Source: Podarcis erhardii (taxonomy: Eukaryota). Taken from it: 64,000 nucleotides of DNA. Below, piece after piece: positions 49,511 through 63,839 of the stretch. The translations under genes and the position numbers were made by a program. The notes under the pieces were generated by a model that worked only from the letters and a program-made list of their open reading frames with translations, was not told the DNA's origin and did no database searches. Position 1 is the first letter of the stretch. Every line of letters starts with the position of its first letter. The stretch is taken from assembly GCA_964252035.1 (NCBI GenBank), contig OZ176203.1; one strand, 5' to 3'.

Positions 49511-52006
49511 GGCGCATTTACGCGGAGCCCGCCGCGAATCTTTCCCGCGGGCCGCTAGATGCGCTTCTGGCGGGCCGGCGCTTTGGCGGCTTCAGCCTCT
49601 GGCGCGCCACCGCCTGGGGTTTGCAGCAAGCAGGATGGAAGGACAAGGGGGGCGGTGAGGTGAGAGGGTCTCCCCCCCCACACACACAAAGGAAATGGAC
49701 CTTTACTTTCCCAGTTAATTAGTAGTTAGCTAACTTCGGCTGACGAAATGGAAGAAAAGGGCCGGTTGGAGAGGAATGGAAGAGCTTTGAGTAGGGAGAC
49801 TTACTTTGGAGTAAACGCGCGCGGTGTTCGGGCTGAGCCGGCGCTTTGTTAGGATCAGATTGTGTCCACAATTTCTCTGCAGAGCCGCCTTTCCGCAAAA
49901 CCGTTCTCCAGGCGGCCTACAACAAGAACAACTAACAATCTCTTTAACTGCCCCGATTCTCCCAGAGAACATCTCACTGAATCCAGCCCGAATTCTTGGA
50001 ATTGGGGTAGTAGGAACCGATGTCGGAATGCCTGCATTTGCCATGTTGTTGGGAAGGCAGTCCAAAACCTACCTAAACCGTCTGCGCCGTTTCTGCCTGA
50101 TTTAGGCGCTTCCCTCTCCCCAGAATGAACAGGCGCGTGCTTACCTCCCCAACCCTCATACAAATAGTATTTGTATTCACTCGCCGATTAAAAGGGGTTT
50201 CTGCCTTCGATTTTACAAAGCGATAGACAAAGGGGTAGAGTTGGGTTAATACCATTTATCTTCGCTTAGTGGCCAAACCTGCAAGCGAAGCGAATCAGAA
50301 GCGGACCCAGGGTTGCTCGATCGAGGAAGAAGCAACTGGCCCGGATTCCAGCCATCCCGGCTCAAATCCCTGCTGTCTTGGAAAGCCAAAGCCGTGGCAG
50401 CAGTTTTGCATTTATTTCAAAATGCAAGCAAATGCAGGGTAAGTGACTTCAGACGATTCTTTCTGCACGGGGATGTGAGAAAGATCCGTCAGATAAGAAT
50501 TGTGAAAAGCATATGCGCAATGAAAACTTCTGCAATAGTAATATTCTGACGCATCACTACCAAAATACGGTACTCTGCTTCTGGGGATTCAGGATTGGGT
50601 ATACTCCATTTTCCGCCTTTCTCCATTTTCCGCCTTTCTCCGCTTACCTTGTTTTCAGCCTGACCCTGTGCTCCTCGGGTAACTCTTACAAGTCTACCCA
50701 TAACCCAGTTAAGGACACCCTCCCCCTTTAAAAACAAAACACAAAACAAAACAATAGTCTCTCATTTGCTTCGAGGGCACGAAGTGAGTCTAAATCGGTG
50801 AGCTCTAGTTTGGCTGGTCAGGCCAGTCAAGCAGGAACCGTCGTTAATACCAAACTGTCGCTGTTTATTTTAGAAGAAGCTGATCTTTTATTACCGGGCC
50901 ATTTAATTTATTTCTGTTTATCGTCCTAGGCAGCGATCTTGGACAAAAGCAGCCCCTTTCGGGCTGGGGTTTTGCTTAGAAGGGGGTCTCTCTGGGAGGG
51001 TCTGTTAATCTGTGACCCCCTCAGGAAATGTGGTGGTGGTGTTATTTTGCAGGACTCCAAACTGGATGTAAGAGAAGCGCTTTCGACGCCTTGCTGAACC
51101 AGGATTGTTCAGGAGTTCTCTCTCTGGCCCTCGCAAGTCACAGTTTAAAAGAGCCAGCTCTGATTATGCTAAACCTATTTAAGGAATACTTAATACAGAA
51201 TGGGTCGTTTGTCAAACTCTTTCCTAAGAGCAAAGTACTCCTGTCCGCTATTCGTGTCCTGTTCAGCCGAGTTAGTCGGTTTTCCAAGTCGACTGAACAG
51301 GCAGTCTCACCACCTCGAAGTTGAAAGTTACAGACGTAGAAAATACGTTTTTCGTGTCGTGGTGGGTGCAGCAAAATCAGACACTTTGAAGAGAGAGAAA
51401 ACCTAATGTGTGGAACCTCCTGAGAACTTTTGCTAGCGATCTGGAGCCGGCTTGGTTTCCAACTCGTGGAGCACATTTTTGCAGAAAACTGGGACAAAGC
51501 GGTTTAAACCCAAATGTTCCATCACGGCTAGTTCAGGAACAGATCTGTGATCCTGCCTGTGTCTACTCTGTTTCCACATACACAAAAGCAGCACTTCTGT
51601 CTCCAGAGAGCGAAGCCCAAACCTTAGCCATCCAGATTGTATTCTGTGGCTTTGGGGGATAGTCAATAGCACAAGGGCAAAGGGTTTTACTTTAGGTGGA
51701 AGCAAGGCTCCTTGATTCCTGCGGAAGTCAACGGCCAACCAAGTGATTTAAGAGAGTGGTTTAAGCGCAGCAGCGCGCGCACACATTCATTTTCTTCCCA
51801 ATTGCTAAGAGCAATTGTTTGGTAGGTCTGCACCACCCGGGATCCTAAACCCTCTAAATGGAGAATAAAGCCGGTTTAGTCCCATGTCATTAACTGTCAC
51901 AAAAGCGCGACGTGTCACTCATTGTATGTGTGTTGGAGGGGGGGGGGATGTCTAGTCTCGCAGTCGTTGATCTTACGTAATTTTGAGAGGAAGAAAGTCC
52001 TACTAC

Positions 52007-52142
52007 CAGTGGCGTAGCGTGGGGGGTGCAGGGGGGGCCGGCCGCACCGGGCGCAACATCTGGGGTTAGGGCAAATCCACGGGTTAGGGGGCGCAAATTA
52101 CTTGCCTTGCCCCGGGTGCTGACAACCCACGCTACGCCACTG
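52007..52142. mobile_element. hAT-type MITE (136 bp), same family as 32573, inverted orientation
   Basis: TIR cagtggcgtagcgtggg, perfect TSD CCTACTAC. Confidence 0.92.
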
Positions 52143-53115
52143 CCTACTACTGTCAATAATACCAGCCCAGAAAAAAGCAGTTAGGCTGCCTCAGCTCCTC
52201 GCATCGTAAGCAAGGAAATATATTAACAGCGCGACCCTACACGTGTCTACTCAGAAATAAGCCTTGCTAAATTCATCGGAGCTCGTAGGCTGCCATACTA
52301 ACCCTCCCAAGTACCTGGGAGTAAACCCACTGGATTCAATAGGGCTTACTTCTGAGTAGATGAGGTTAGGATTGAACTGCGAGTCACCTATTCGAAAGTG
52401 TTATTAAATGCACCTCATGTTGCGTAATATTCAAAATAATTAAATAAGTGGCCCATAATGGATTAAATTGCTGGTGTTAATACGGTGTTTGCAATCTGTT
52501 GACCTGAGAAATGCGCGGCTACCAATGACTCCTTCTGCCATGCAGGCGCTACTAAAGGATGGTGTTCAGGCTTTTAAAAGCTTTTCCATTCACTTCCCAG
52601 GGAGCAGGGAGCGTCTTTAAGCCCCATCCCTGCCTACTAGATGTACCAGGAAGTCTGGTTCATTTCAATAGGCCCGCCTTCCAAGCGCAGGTGAGACCGC
52701 GGCCCAGGCTGCGGAGGAATTGCCTCGAGCGGTGCCCTAAAAGCCTTTCTTGTGCCATTCTCGCCTAAAGGCGCAACGAAGCCCTTCGCAGAGGCCGGGT
52801 GTCGACACAGAGCAGCTTTGCTGGGGAACTGACCCCTCCGAGCCCTGAAAGTCAAAAGGGCGCAGCAGGGTTGGGAAGACAATCGGATTTCCCTATGAGA
52901 GGCGTTTCAGATGCGAGCAGAGCCGCGCTTCCTCGGAAGTAAGCGTCATGGGGTTCACTTGCAATAAAACTTGCTTAGGGCTGACGGAGTGTGTGCCTTG
53001 TGTATGTGTGTGAGGGAGGGAGCGGGGAGCTTCGCAGGATGTAGATTTCCATCCGATTCCTCTGCAGGCTTCAGAAAACACCTCGGAATCCTCCTCGCTA
53101 AGGTCAGTGTGCGAG

Positions 53116-53295
53116 CAGTGGCGTAGCGTGGGTTGTCAGCACCCGGGGCAAGGCAAGTAATTTGCGCCCCCTAACCCGTGGATTTGCGCCCCCTAACCCG
53201 TGGATTTGCGCCCCCTAACCCGTGGATTTGCCCTAACCCCAGATGTTGCGCCCGGTGCGGCCGGCCCCCCCTGCACCCCCCACGCTACGCCACTG
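53116..53295. mobile_element. hAT-type MITE (180 bp) with three copies of a 22-bp unit
   Basis: Same TIR, perfect TSD TGTGCGAG, (gcgccccctaacccgtggattt)x3. Confidence 0.92.
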
Positions 53296-53811
53296 TGTGC
53301 GAGGCATGAATTCACAAAGCAGATACATTGTCAGAGGACTCGGGCAAAGCAGCAGCAGCAGCAGCAGCGAGCTGATGGGAAGGAACCCAGAGCCGCAAAC
53401 CACAGTCCTGCTTACGCCAGGACAGTCCCGTCGAATTTAATCGGACTACTCAACAGCATATATACACTGTGTTACTTACACTGCTATTTAGACCGTTTTT
53501 GCGCGTCTAAAAACGCCTAAGAAGATACTCCATGTTGAATAGAGATTAAACGGATGCATGCTTGCTCAGATGTAAGTTCCGTGGGGCTAACCACGATACT
53601 CCCTGTCTGTCCGTCTCTTGTTCAGGTAATACGATGTGTAAGTAGGCAGATTCGGGCGCAGGTACCTCCCTTCTCCGGAGCATCTTCGCTTGGAAAGAAG
53701 GCGCCCGCTCAGCCTGCAAGACCTACCGAATTCAGAGGGAGTGCTTCTAGGCAAGCACATATAGGATCGAGCTGCACGCATTAATTCGCGCAGCTTACTT
53801 TCAAGTATTCA

Positions 53812-53958
53812 AGTTGGTTAGCTCACGTGTTAGAGCGTGATGCTGACAACGCCCAGGTCGTAGGTTCGATCCTTGTGCGGGCCAGCTATATATTCCTGCA
53901 TTGCAGGGAGTTGGATTAAATGATCCTCGGGTCTCTTCCAACTCTGCCATGATTCTAT
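53812..53958 (+). mobile_element. Short tRNA-derived SINE with CR1 3' tail
   Basis: tRNA-like head ggttagctcacgtgttagagcgtgatgctgacaacgcccaggtcgtaggttcgatcc and tail gggtctcttccaactctgccatgattctat. Confidence 0.8.
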
Positions 53959-56900
53959 AAGTAAATATAGTCTTTAGGATCGAGCGGCAGAGATAAGGAA
54001 GGCTGTGGAGTATAGCAACGCGATTGCGTTCCAAAGGAGGAGGTTACTACAGCTCCCGCCATCCCCAACAATTCCCTATGCTGGCTGGTGTTGATGGGAG
54101 TCCAAGAACATTGGGAGGGCCACAGGCTCCCCATCATCTGCCCTAAAGACTGTCAGTAGCTCGTGTCCATTGATTGCTTAAATACCGGTCAGTTTGCCTC
54201 AATAGCAGATCCATCCTCTTGTGAGGTCAATCTCCAGATCGGAGAGTTTGGAACCCCTAATCACCAGCACACCCAACCCTCCTCGCTGGTCCCAGAGCCG
54301 CCAGCCGCGTTGCTCGACGGCGGCCCCTCCACGGTCCCCTACAATCCCAAGGCGTGCCTGATTGCTGCAGAGGACGGACAAGCGCGGTCCTCGCCAGCCG
54401 CCTGCCGCTGAGCAGTCCGTAGGTGGGATGAATTCCACCGCCGGCAGCGCAGTTAAAGTGGGTCGCTTTCATTTGTTTAGTCGGCCTGGGAGCGTGGTAG
54501 CCTCGATGGGCTACACTTCGGGGCACATTGCCTGGCGCATGCGACTTTCCTGCAAGAAGTCACTTGGGCGCAGCAAGATACGCTTGTAGGCAAGGAGATT
54601 ATGGCCTTTTCAGGCTTCCTCCTGGGTTGCACGTATGTACCCAAAAGTCTCTCCCACTGCGTTCAGTGGAGCTTACTCCCGGGGAAGAGTGACTTCCGAG
54701 TAAGCGCGCATAGGACCCTGTATTGCTATGGCAATTCAATGGATGGAAATCCCAGTGTTAAATGAAGCTTCCTATCCAGTGAGTGCGTATAGGATTGCAG
54801 AAAATCATATACTTCTGAGTTCTTGGAGTACTGTACAGCCCCCATCATACCCAAGGAAGCTCAGCTAACGGCCAGAGATGATGGGATTTGTGATCCAACA
54901 ACATACTGGGACCCAAGGTTGAGTTTAGGCCAAGTTACTGGATTCCCCCATTCCGCCTCTCAAGTAGATCTGGGCCTCTACGTTAGTGCGTCTTAGAGGA
55001 CCCGCAAATCTAAACTCAGAAGAAAGTCCCACAGAGTTGCACGGGACTGACCCTCAGAGACGTGTGTGCAGGATCGCGCGTCCCTATGAACATTGGGAAT
55101 AGGGTTGAGCAACGGGGAGTTGAAGTCTGGTGACAGATGAGGGGGTTGCATATATACTTGGAAGAGGAGGACACGACTAACTAACAGCACAATCGTATGC
55201 TTGTCAACTCAGAAGCCAGCCTCATTGAGTTCAGTGGGGCAGAGAAGTGAGTCAAGGATGGGCGCCTAAGTAATGTTGATCCGCTCTTTCATAACATGCC
55301 TGGGAGTCCAGAAGGGATTGTACACCCCAAACCTTCTTCTTGCTCACTAGAGGGAAAATCCCACCGTTTTAATGGATGTATTATTAATAACCCAGTCAGG
55401 ATCCATTAACTAATATGGTTGCTCAGAAACCGCTGAAGCCTCACTCCCAGTTTAATAGGTAACAAGCTTGGTCAGTTGAGTGGAAACTAGTGCAACTTAA
55501 GGACCTTTAACCGACCAAAGAACCTTAACTTCCAGCGCGATCAGATCCTGAGCACGTTTATTCAGAAGTAAACAAATTGTGAGAAGTTCAGTGCTTTGGG
55601 GACCGCTGCTTTAAGTGGATTCTGGATCCGGCGGGGATCAGGCGCCGGATTTTTTTGTTTCAAAATGCCTAGATTCTGTCGAAAGCTGTAGGATCTTAAA
55701 TAAGGCAAGGCGTTCGCTTGGAAAGACCTTCCACCGACTGCCTTCGAGATCCTTCTTTTGTGGACAGAGAGCTGAAAGACAAGCGTCACGGCAGGACTTG
55801 GAAACCAGCTCCCTCGAAACCAGCGCCATTTGCACCAGGGTCGCGAGGGCGGGCGTCGAGGCTTGCGGGCCTGAGGGTCCCTCGCAGAGGGAAAAGACAC
55901 TCGAGCCAAGCCAGCCCGAAGCGGGGCCTTCTTGGAAAGACCAGCCCTCGGAATCGAGGGGATCTACTTGCAAAGTCAACGCATATTTGAAAGAAGGAGG
56001 GAGGGCTGAGGGGCTGTCAGAAGGCTGACGGGTTGAGGCGCTTGTGGATGGAGCAGGCTGGCTGCGAAACGAGAGAAAGAGAGAGAGGTTTATTTATTTG
56101 TTTGAGTGAGACAGAGAGAGCGCTTTGCTTCAGGATATAAGAGTGGAAATAGGAACGCGCCATTCGAAGAGAAACCCTGCCTGCCCCCCCCCCCGCCCCG
56201 CGTCCAGTTAGTCCCCTCCTTCCACTTGCACGCACCCGGCGCGCGCGCTCTCCTCGTCCCTCCAATTCGAGTGTTAATTGGGCCTGTATTTGGCTGGTTT
56301 GGACGGCGCTGCCGCTGCCCGGAGCAGACCACGCAGACGTCACTGGGCGCGCTTTCCCCCTCCCCTCCGGCGGCTCTCAGCCTTTGCCTGGCCAGGAACT
56401 GACGAGCCCACTTCAGAGCTTCTTTCTCTAGCCTGGCTGCCGCCGGGAGGAGAAGCGGCGCCCGGCCACAGCTCCGCAGCGCAGCCGCCCTCCGCTAGCC
56501 CGGCCAAGCCACGGGAAGCGCTCTCCTCTCGCTCCGGTGGCCGTGAAGAGAGGCTTGAGAAGAGAGCAGGGAAGAGAGCCACCCGTGGACCCGTGGGGAG
56601 GTGGACATTTCTCTCTCTCTCTCTCTCTTTCTGGCGGGAAAGAAAGAAAGAAGAAATATCCCCTCAGGCTTGCTGGCGCGCCAAGTGCCCAAGCGGCAGG
56701 TCTGCGTCGCCCACCGCCGAGAGCCGCTCGCTGCTGCCTTGAGGGGCGGGGCGGGGCGGGCGGGAGAGAGCGACGTCCCCACACGCCCTGTGGCAACTCC
56801 GGGCTCTCTCGGAGGGAAACGGATCCCCGCGGAGCCCTTCCTTTGGGAGGCAGGCGAGCCGCTCTCCTTCCCGGCCGAGGGGCTGGGGCGCGTGTGACGC

Positions 56901-57158
56901 ACAAGGCAGACCAGTTTGGCCCGGAGGGGGGTCTAAAATAAACACAGCAAGTACACACGTGTTAAGGGGGGGCGGGGAGAGAGGCGGAGGGAGAGGAGCG
57001 AGCGATTCCTCCCTGCCTTGCGGGCGAGCGAGCGAGCGAGCGAGTCTCGATTCAGGGGAGACGCCGCCGAGTCCAGGTTCCCCGCCCGGGTGGCCGGCCG
57101 CCTGCTTCCTTCGAAGGCTGCGCTGAGGCGAGGGAGAGCATTAAGCGCGGAGAGATAG

Positions 57159-57920
<762 letters not shown>

Positions 57921-58411
57921 TAGGGTCCTACTCGATTGTCAGCGGAGGCTGTCGTGAGCTCTCGGGGTTGCCTTGCAGAGGCCTGCGTTTAGTTCTCTGC
58001 ACACAGTTAGAAAGATACTCAGAGCTCTATTTGCAACGTTTTGGGTGGCCGCTCTCTGACACCACCAGCTGAATAACTTGTTCGGCCCCACGGAAGCCAA
58101 GGCAGCCGCGGATCGCGCCCCTCCCCCCCCCCAATTCTCCCTTGTTCCTATGTTTGTTAGTTGCAGTGAAGTCCTTTGCTTTTGGGAGCGATTTCCGTGA
58201 CTCTTTGTAGGACTACTCTGAAGTTTCAAAAATTGTAGATTGTGGCCCAAGAACCCCAAAGGCCTTTTCTTTAAAATAACTTCAGTGGCCTTTTGCTTAA
58301 CGAAACGAGTTTATCATCGGACTGAGAGTTTTTTTAATACCAGTCGCGGACGCCTGAGTGCAGAAATAAAAGGTATTTGCAGCAATCTGCAACGCGTTTA
58401 GTGCTGGAGTA

Positions 58412-58521
58412 AAAACAAAATAAAAAAATTCCTTCCAGTAGCACCTTAAAGACCAACTAAATTAGTTCTAGGTATGAGCTTTCGTGTGCATGCACACTTC
58501 TTCAGATACACTATCTGTAAC
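58412..58521. mobile_element. Short Penelope-like fragment in SIM2 intron 1
   Basis: Same sequence as 33948-34143; 13-bp direct repeat tagtgctggagta (58399-58411, 58522-58534). Confidence 0.75.
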
Positions 58522-61245
58522 TAGTGCTGGAGTAGTCCTGCTGAAGTCAAGAGACTTGAAGGAGAGAGATGGCCATTGCAGCCGGGACAGTGAGGCACTT
58601 TCCACCATTAGAAATATAATTCCTTCCGATGTCACATGTACTGCATCTGAAAGGACTTCTGTGGGAGGAAGACAAGACAGGATTCACCATAAAAGCACAG
58701 CAAAATAAACCCTTTAACTAAACTTTGCTAGCAAGATTTAAAAGAAAAAGGGGGAAATGTGTGTAACGTTCCAAAAAAAGGGGAGATCCGTGTTTTAGCC
58801 ATGACTGCTGGGGCGACAGTCAATGGTTTGCCAGACTCAGGGAAGAAAAAGAAAAAAGATTACATTTTGTATCTCACGGTCTAGGGGGGAAAGTATCAAG
58901 TTCTCCAAGATTAAAGGCCTACCAACACTACAGATTTGCTCGCTTGTTATCTGAATCGCATATACCGTCCCGAAAATCGTCCAGGTGAAAAATAGACAAC
59001 AGTCCTGCTCTCCGTATCTTTAACTAGCAAAGCAAGCTGAATTGAGTAGATAAAGGACTCGACAGCACGAGGGCGATCGAGTGGGGAGGAGCTGGAAAGT
59101 AAACTCACTTCCCTCCAACCTGAGGCGTTATCACAGTTTGTTTACTCTACGAGTCATAGAAAGCAACGGCGCTTACTCCTAAGTAAATGTGTTGAGGATC
59201 TAAGGGAACAGATGCAAGAGGAAATGACTGAGCAGAGCAGTGCAATCCTATGCGTTCCTATTCAGAAGTGGGTGAGAGATTGCAGCCAGAAGAACTGTAT
59301 TTGAAAGTTGAGGCGGAATGATTTAATTTAAGCTTTCTTATACTGTAATACAGATCAGCTTAATTGGGGGTTCAGAGAGTCGCACACGATCTCAACCCAC
59401 CTCTCGCAAAGCCAGCACCCTAAACCCATTTAGACTCAGACGATCCCAGTTCAACTCGGGTGTCTCCAGGTATGGCTTTTTGCAGCCTTGGAAAAGTGCT
59501 CCCAGTTAGAATATTGTGCTACATGGTCTGACTCAGAAGTTGAGTTGGGCGCTTAAAAAATAATAACAGTAAAGTCGATTGATTGCAATCTAAATACCTT
59601 AGGCGCAAGGTCTGCTATTCTAGGATATCTACTTTAAAATGCGCCCTACTGGAATTAGAGGCGAGATCAGTGGCAATTCCTAGATGTAAGATTAGCTAGC
59701 AGTATAACTGGACTTGCAGTACAAACTGAAAAGCTGAGATGCGGCCCAGGAAGCCCTCTGGGTCTGCCTCGTTGGGTCGCCTATATTTGAAAGTGGTGTA
59801 AGTAAACTCTCCACCGCAGCTTATCCGCAATGGTGTGGATTTCGCCGGTTTCCCTTTTAGCGCAGCCGCCTGCAGGGCCGCGCTTTCGGCGGAAACCCCT
59901 CCTCAGCGCCAGCCTTGAAATTGACAGGAGTCGCAGGGAGATTTGCGTCTTAGCCTCCGCTGTAAACAAGCGCTCAGCCGGCTTGGGTGGTGGGCAGCGC
60001 CAGCCGGGAATCGAGCTGAGTTGAGCTGACGGCAGGAGATATAATTAGTTCCATCCAGCGCTGCGGACAGCTGCTCAAAGCAGCCTCTCTGCTCTGATAA
60101 GCCCCGCGCACTGCTTTAAATAATGTTCTTTCTCCTTTACAAACAAAGAGACACACACAGAGAGAGATGACTTACCCACCTCTTCACCACCTCTGGAGGC
60201 AGGGTTGCGTCAGATTAAATGTATTGTCCTTGCGTTTTCTTCCCCTACAATCCTAAACCCTAAAATAAAATGCACCTGCCATTTGGTGAAGATTGCCTTG
60301 TGGCTTGGCTTACTCGCTTGAGTCTTCTAACTTCCGCATTTCGTAGGATCACTTCCTCCAGAGATGGGAAAATAGACTTTCATTTTTCGTTTTATGGTTT
60401 AACAATCGCTGGGTCAGAAAGGAAGTCACCCTTACACCTGAGCCGCTCTAATTTTGATAGCAGACGTTTTATTTGTACACTCGGATTTGGAAATATGTCT
60501 AGCCTTCGAACAAACTATTTGTTAAGAGTGGTTTGAGAGTGTTTTTTGTTTTGTTTTATATCTCTCTCCTTAAGGCCGGAGCCCTACGCATACTTTAAAA
60601 AAGTACAGTTCTAGGAAAGTTGCCGAAAGTAAATGCCATTGAGTTAAATGGGAATTACTCCCGTGAAAGTATGTCTAGGATTCTATGCACACTTAATTAG
60701 GAGTATGTGCCATCGAAGTCAAAGGGACTTCTGAGTAGGCAGGTATAGGATTGCACTGATGATCACGCTGGAATCAAGGGGGCTTGCTTCCAAGTTGATG
60801 TGCTTGAGGCTGGTATTCTATCAAATATTTCCCTGCCCCAGGAAGCTTACAGTATAAATTGTTGTCCTATTTCTATCCTAATCCTTTAAAAAGCTTATAT
60901 TGAAATCAATTGGGTTTACCTTTTCACTCCTGCTTGCGGGCAACTCTGGCCTGAATGAGGAGTTCTGTTGCTCATTCTGCTCATTAGGAGTCTAATGCGC
61001 TCATTCTGCATCTGTTGCCTGGAAAGCCGAGAGTTTGGTTTGTTTTGTTTTCATTTCATCAAGCGTTTGCTATAGCTGTAAGCACACTATAAAAAGCCCC
61101 ATCCCGTCGGAAGGAAGACAAGGAGCTTCGGGAATCTGCTCTTCCCAAGTCACCAGGGCTCCTGCTGGCTAAGAATTCTCTTTGGGATATTTTCCCTTCG
61201 CTTCTTAAAATTAACTCAGAGAAGAGGCATTGTGGGAGGTTGCTT

Positions 61246-61505
61246 AAGAAGAAGAAGAAGAAGAAGAGTTTGGATTTGATATCCCGCCTTTCACTCCCCT
61301 TCAGGAGTCTCAAAGCGGCTAACAACCTCCTTTCCCTTCCTCCCCCACAACAAACACTCTGTGAGGTGAGTGGGGCTGAGAGACTTCACAGAAGTGTGAC
61401 TGGCCCAAGGTCACCCAGCAGCTGCATGTGGAGGAGCGGAGACACGAACCCGGTTCCCCAGATTATGTGACTGCCGCTCTTAACCACTACACCACACTGG
61501 CTCTC
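61246..61505 (-). mobile_element. MIR/CORE-type tRNA SINE (Squam3-like) with (CTT)n tail
   Basis: Reverse complement: gagagccagtgtggtgtagtggttaagagc...gctgggtgaccttgggccagtcac (CORE)...L2-like tail; CpGs retained. Confidence 0.82.
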
Positions 61506-63589
61506 GAATAGCCAGCTACATCATTTCAATTTCTTTGGGTAGATTTTCAGGCAAAACTGCGGTTCCTTCAGCAAAAGGATGCCCTCATTTCTCCAGTCCT
61601 CGGCATTTTATTTCATAGGCTTTGAATCCAAGGTTTCATTCCCCCCAGAAAACGCCACAATCCTACACAAGGAAGCAATTAGTCCCAATGATTTCAGTGG
61701 CAGTTTCTTAGTGGACCCGAACACTGTCCGTAATCACCGCTCACTTGAAAAGATGCGTTTGAGCTGCGCATTTTTCAGTGGGAGGAAGTAACAACCGGAC
61801 GTGCAGTTTGTTCACGCTTTTTCTTCCCCCTCCTCTGCCTTGATAACTTGAGGCAGTTTGCCTAAAGAAAATATACCAAATCAAGTGCTAGTTTTCGTTT
61901 GGCCTGTCTCGAGACCGTGGAGGGTAAGAAAAGAATGGACACCACAAAAGCCCCGATTTTCCTTTTGCAGCTTGATCCACAGCCCCGTTTAAGACGAGTT
62001 CTGGGTGTTAAGGCGATTGCAGCTCCAGCCTCGTTCGGCTTGTTCGGCATTTCATAAAGTTCGTTGGTGTTACTCGGGAGTAAGTACTTTGAGGATTGTA
62101 GGAAATCCCATTAAGTTAAACAGAGCTTACTCCCAGGAAACTGGGCGTGGGATTGCAGCCCTAACATTGACTGCCAGTCAGACTCTAAAGGCGTATAGCA
62201 AGTTGTCCAACCGAAGCACCAGGGGGGAAAAGTTTGCCAGCATGTGCGTGTTCCTGCTACGGAGATATACCGGCAAAGTCTAGCTTTAACAAAGATCTAT
62301 TAAACAGAGAACATCTGAACTTACAAAAGCTAAGGACGCTGCAATACTTAGCGTGTCTAGTCAGAAGTAGGTCCCATTGAGTTCAATAGATTTTACTCCC
62401 AGGGAAGTGGATTTAGGGCTGCCGCTAACTCTGTATTCCTGGGCATTCCTAGAATAAATCCCACTGGACTCAGCAGGACTTACTTCCCAGTAAACATGGA
62501 GAAGATTGGGCTGCTCCTCTTTCTCCATTATTTCATAAATTAAAAAGTGTGAATAAAGTAAAAAGTTAACAGCAGGGAGATTCGATAATTCTGCCATGCT
62601 TACAAAAACTTTGAAAAGATTCCCCACATATCTTAAAACATAGGAATTGAGTAATATCGGAGAGATAATTTTGATCCATTTTTGTTCAGTTCCTTCCGCG
62701 TTCCTTCTAGAAATTAGCCAAACTCCCTTTGTTGAGAAGTATGCATGAGAAGTGAAGGTGCACAAACATGTGAGCGATTTTGTGTGCGTGCGTGCTCCGA
62801 TTTGGAATGACTTCACTGCATCCCAGTTCCATCCTTCAGCCCTTTCAGGAAAGGATCGCTTGATAATAACATTTTAATGAAAGAGAAATAAATTTGGATA
62901 GTGTCTGGATTTTTGAAGGGAGCCGGTTCTGAGGGTCGCAACTCGCCTGGACACTTTTTCTAAAGGGCCGGGAAACCTGGAGGGCAATTAAAATGATAGG
63001 GGGGGAACCATTTTAGGCCCACGGATTCAGTTGGATTTACTTCTAAGTAGACATGGTAACGATTGCTGTGTAAGCCCTGTTGAATTCAATGGGGCTAAGT
63101 TCCAGGTGAACGGGGTTAAGACTGGAGCCTCAGTCCTCTTCAGAACAGGACGTGGCGGTCCCCCGAAACCCCCTTTGGGACTATAAATCAATGTAATCAG
63201 GTTTATTAATTTCAGGGTTTCTGGGGGCGGGGGTGGTTCTTTTAACTTTCGTATTCAGCAGTTCTTTTCAAAGTTGGGGATCTGTTAAGTACGGTAGGAA
63301 AGCGGAAAGTTCGGTGTTATATAGGACCTCCCTGACGGTTCTTCCTCATTGTCTCCAGGAAAAACATGTTGCAAACCACAAGCTATTTATTGCAAGGGGT
63401 TTCGCTTTCTCTCTGTCTCATAGTTGCTAGCAACTCACAATCGTCCGGCATGCGTGGAGGGAATGTCACTTCGGGTGGATTTGGTTTTCTTAAGCAAAGA
63501 GACAGAAAGGAAAAAGGAAGGGCGGGAGGAGAAAGAGAGGTGATCTGCCTTTTCGTGTATCTTTCAAGAACAAGGGCTCCGGCTACGTG

Positions 63590-63839
63590 CATGGGTAGGC
63601 GAACTAAGGCCCGGGGCCCGGATCCGGCCCACTCACGTTCTAAATCCGGCCCGCGGACGGTCCGGGAATCAGCGTGTTTTTACATGAGTAGAATGTGTCC
63701 TTTTATTTAAAATGCATCTCTGGGTTATTTGTGGGGCATCGGAATTTGTTCATTCCCCCCCCTCAAAATATAGTCCGGCCCCCCACAAGGTCTGAGAGAC
63801 AGTGGACCGGCCCCCTGCTGAAAAGGTTTGCTGACCCTG
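63590..63839. mobile_element. hAT-Charlie-like MITE, about 250 bp
   Basis: Ends catgggtaggcgaact / ggtttgctgaccctg and the typical ggcccgcgg/ggccccc subterminal motifs; TSD not evident. Confidence 0.7.

Noticed and set aside
53116-53295. CRISPR-like or satellite array
   Set aside because: The units are contiguous without spacers and lie inside a TIR/TSD-bounded eukaryotic MITE.
53812-53885. tRNA gene
   Set aside because: The tRNA-like head is degenerate and fused to a CR1 tail, so it is a SINE.
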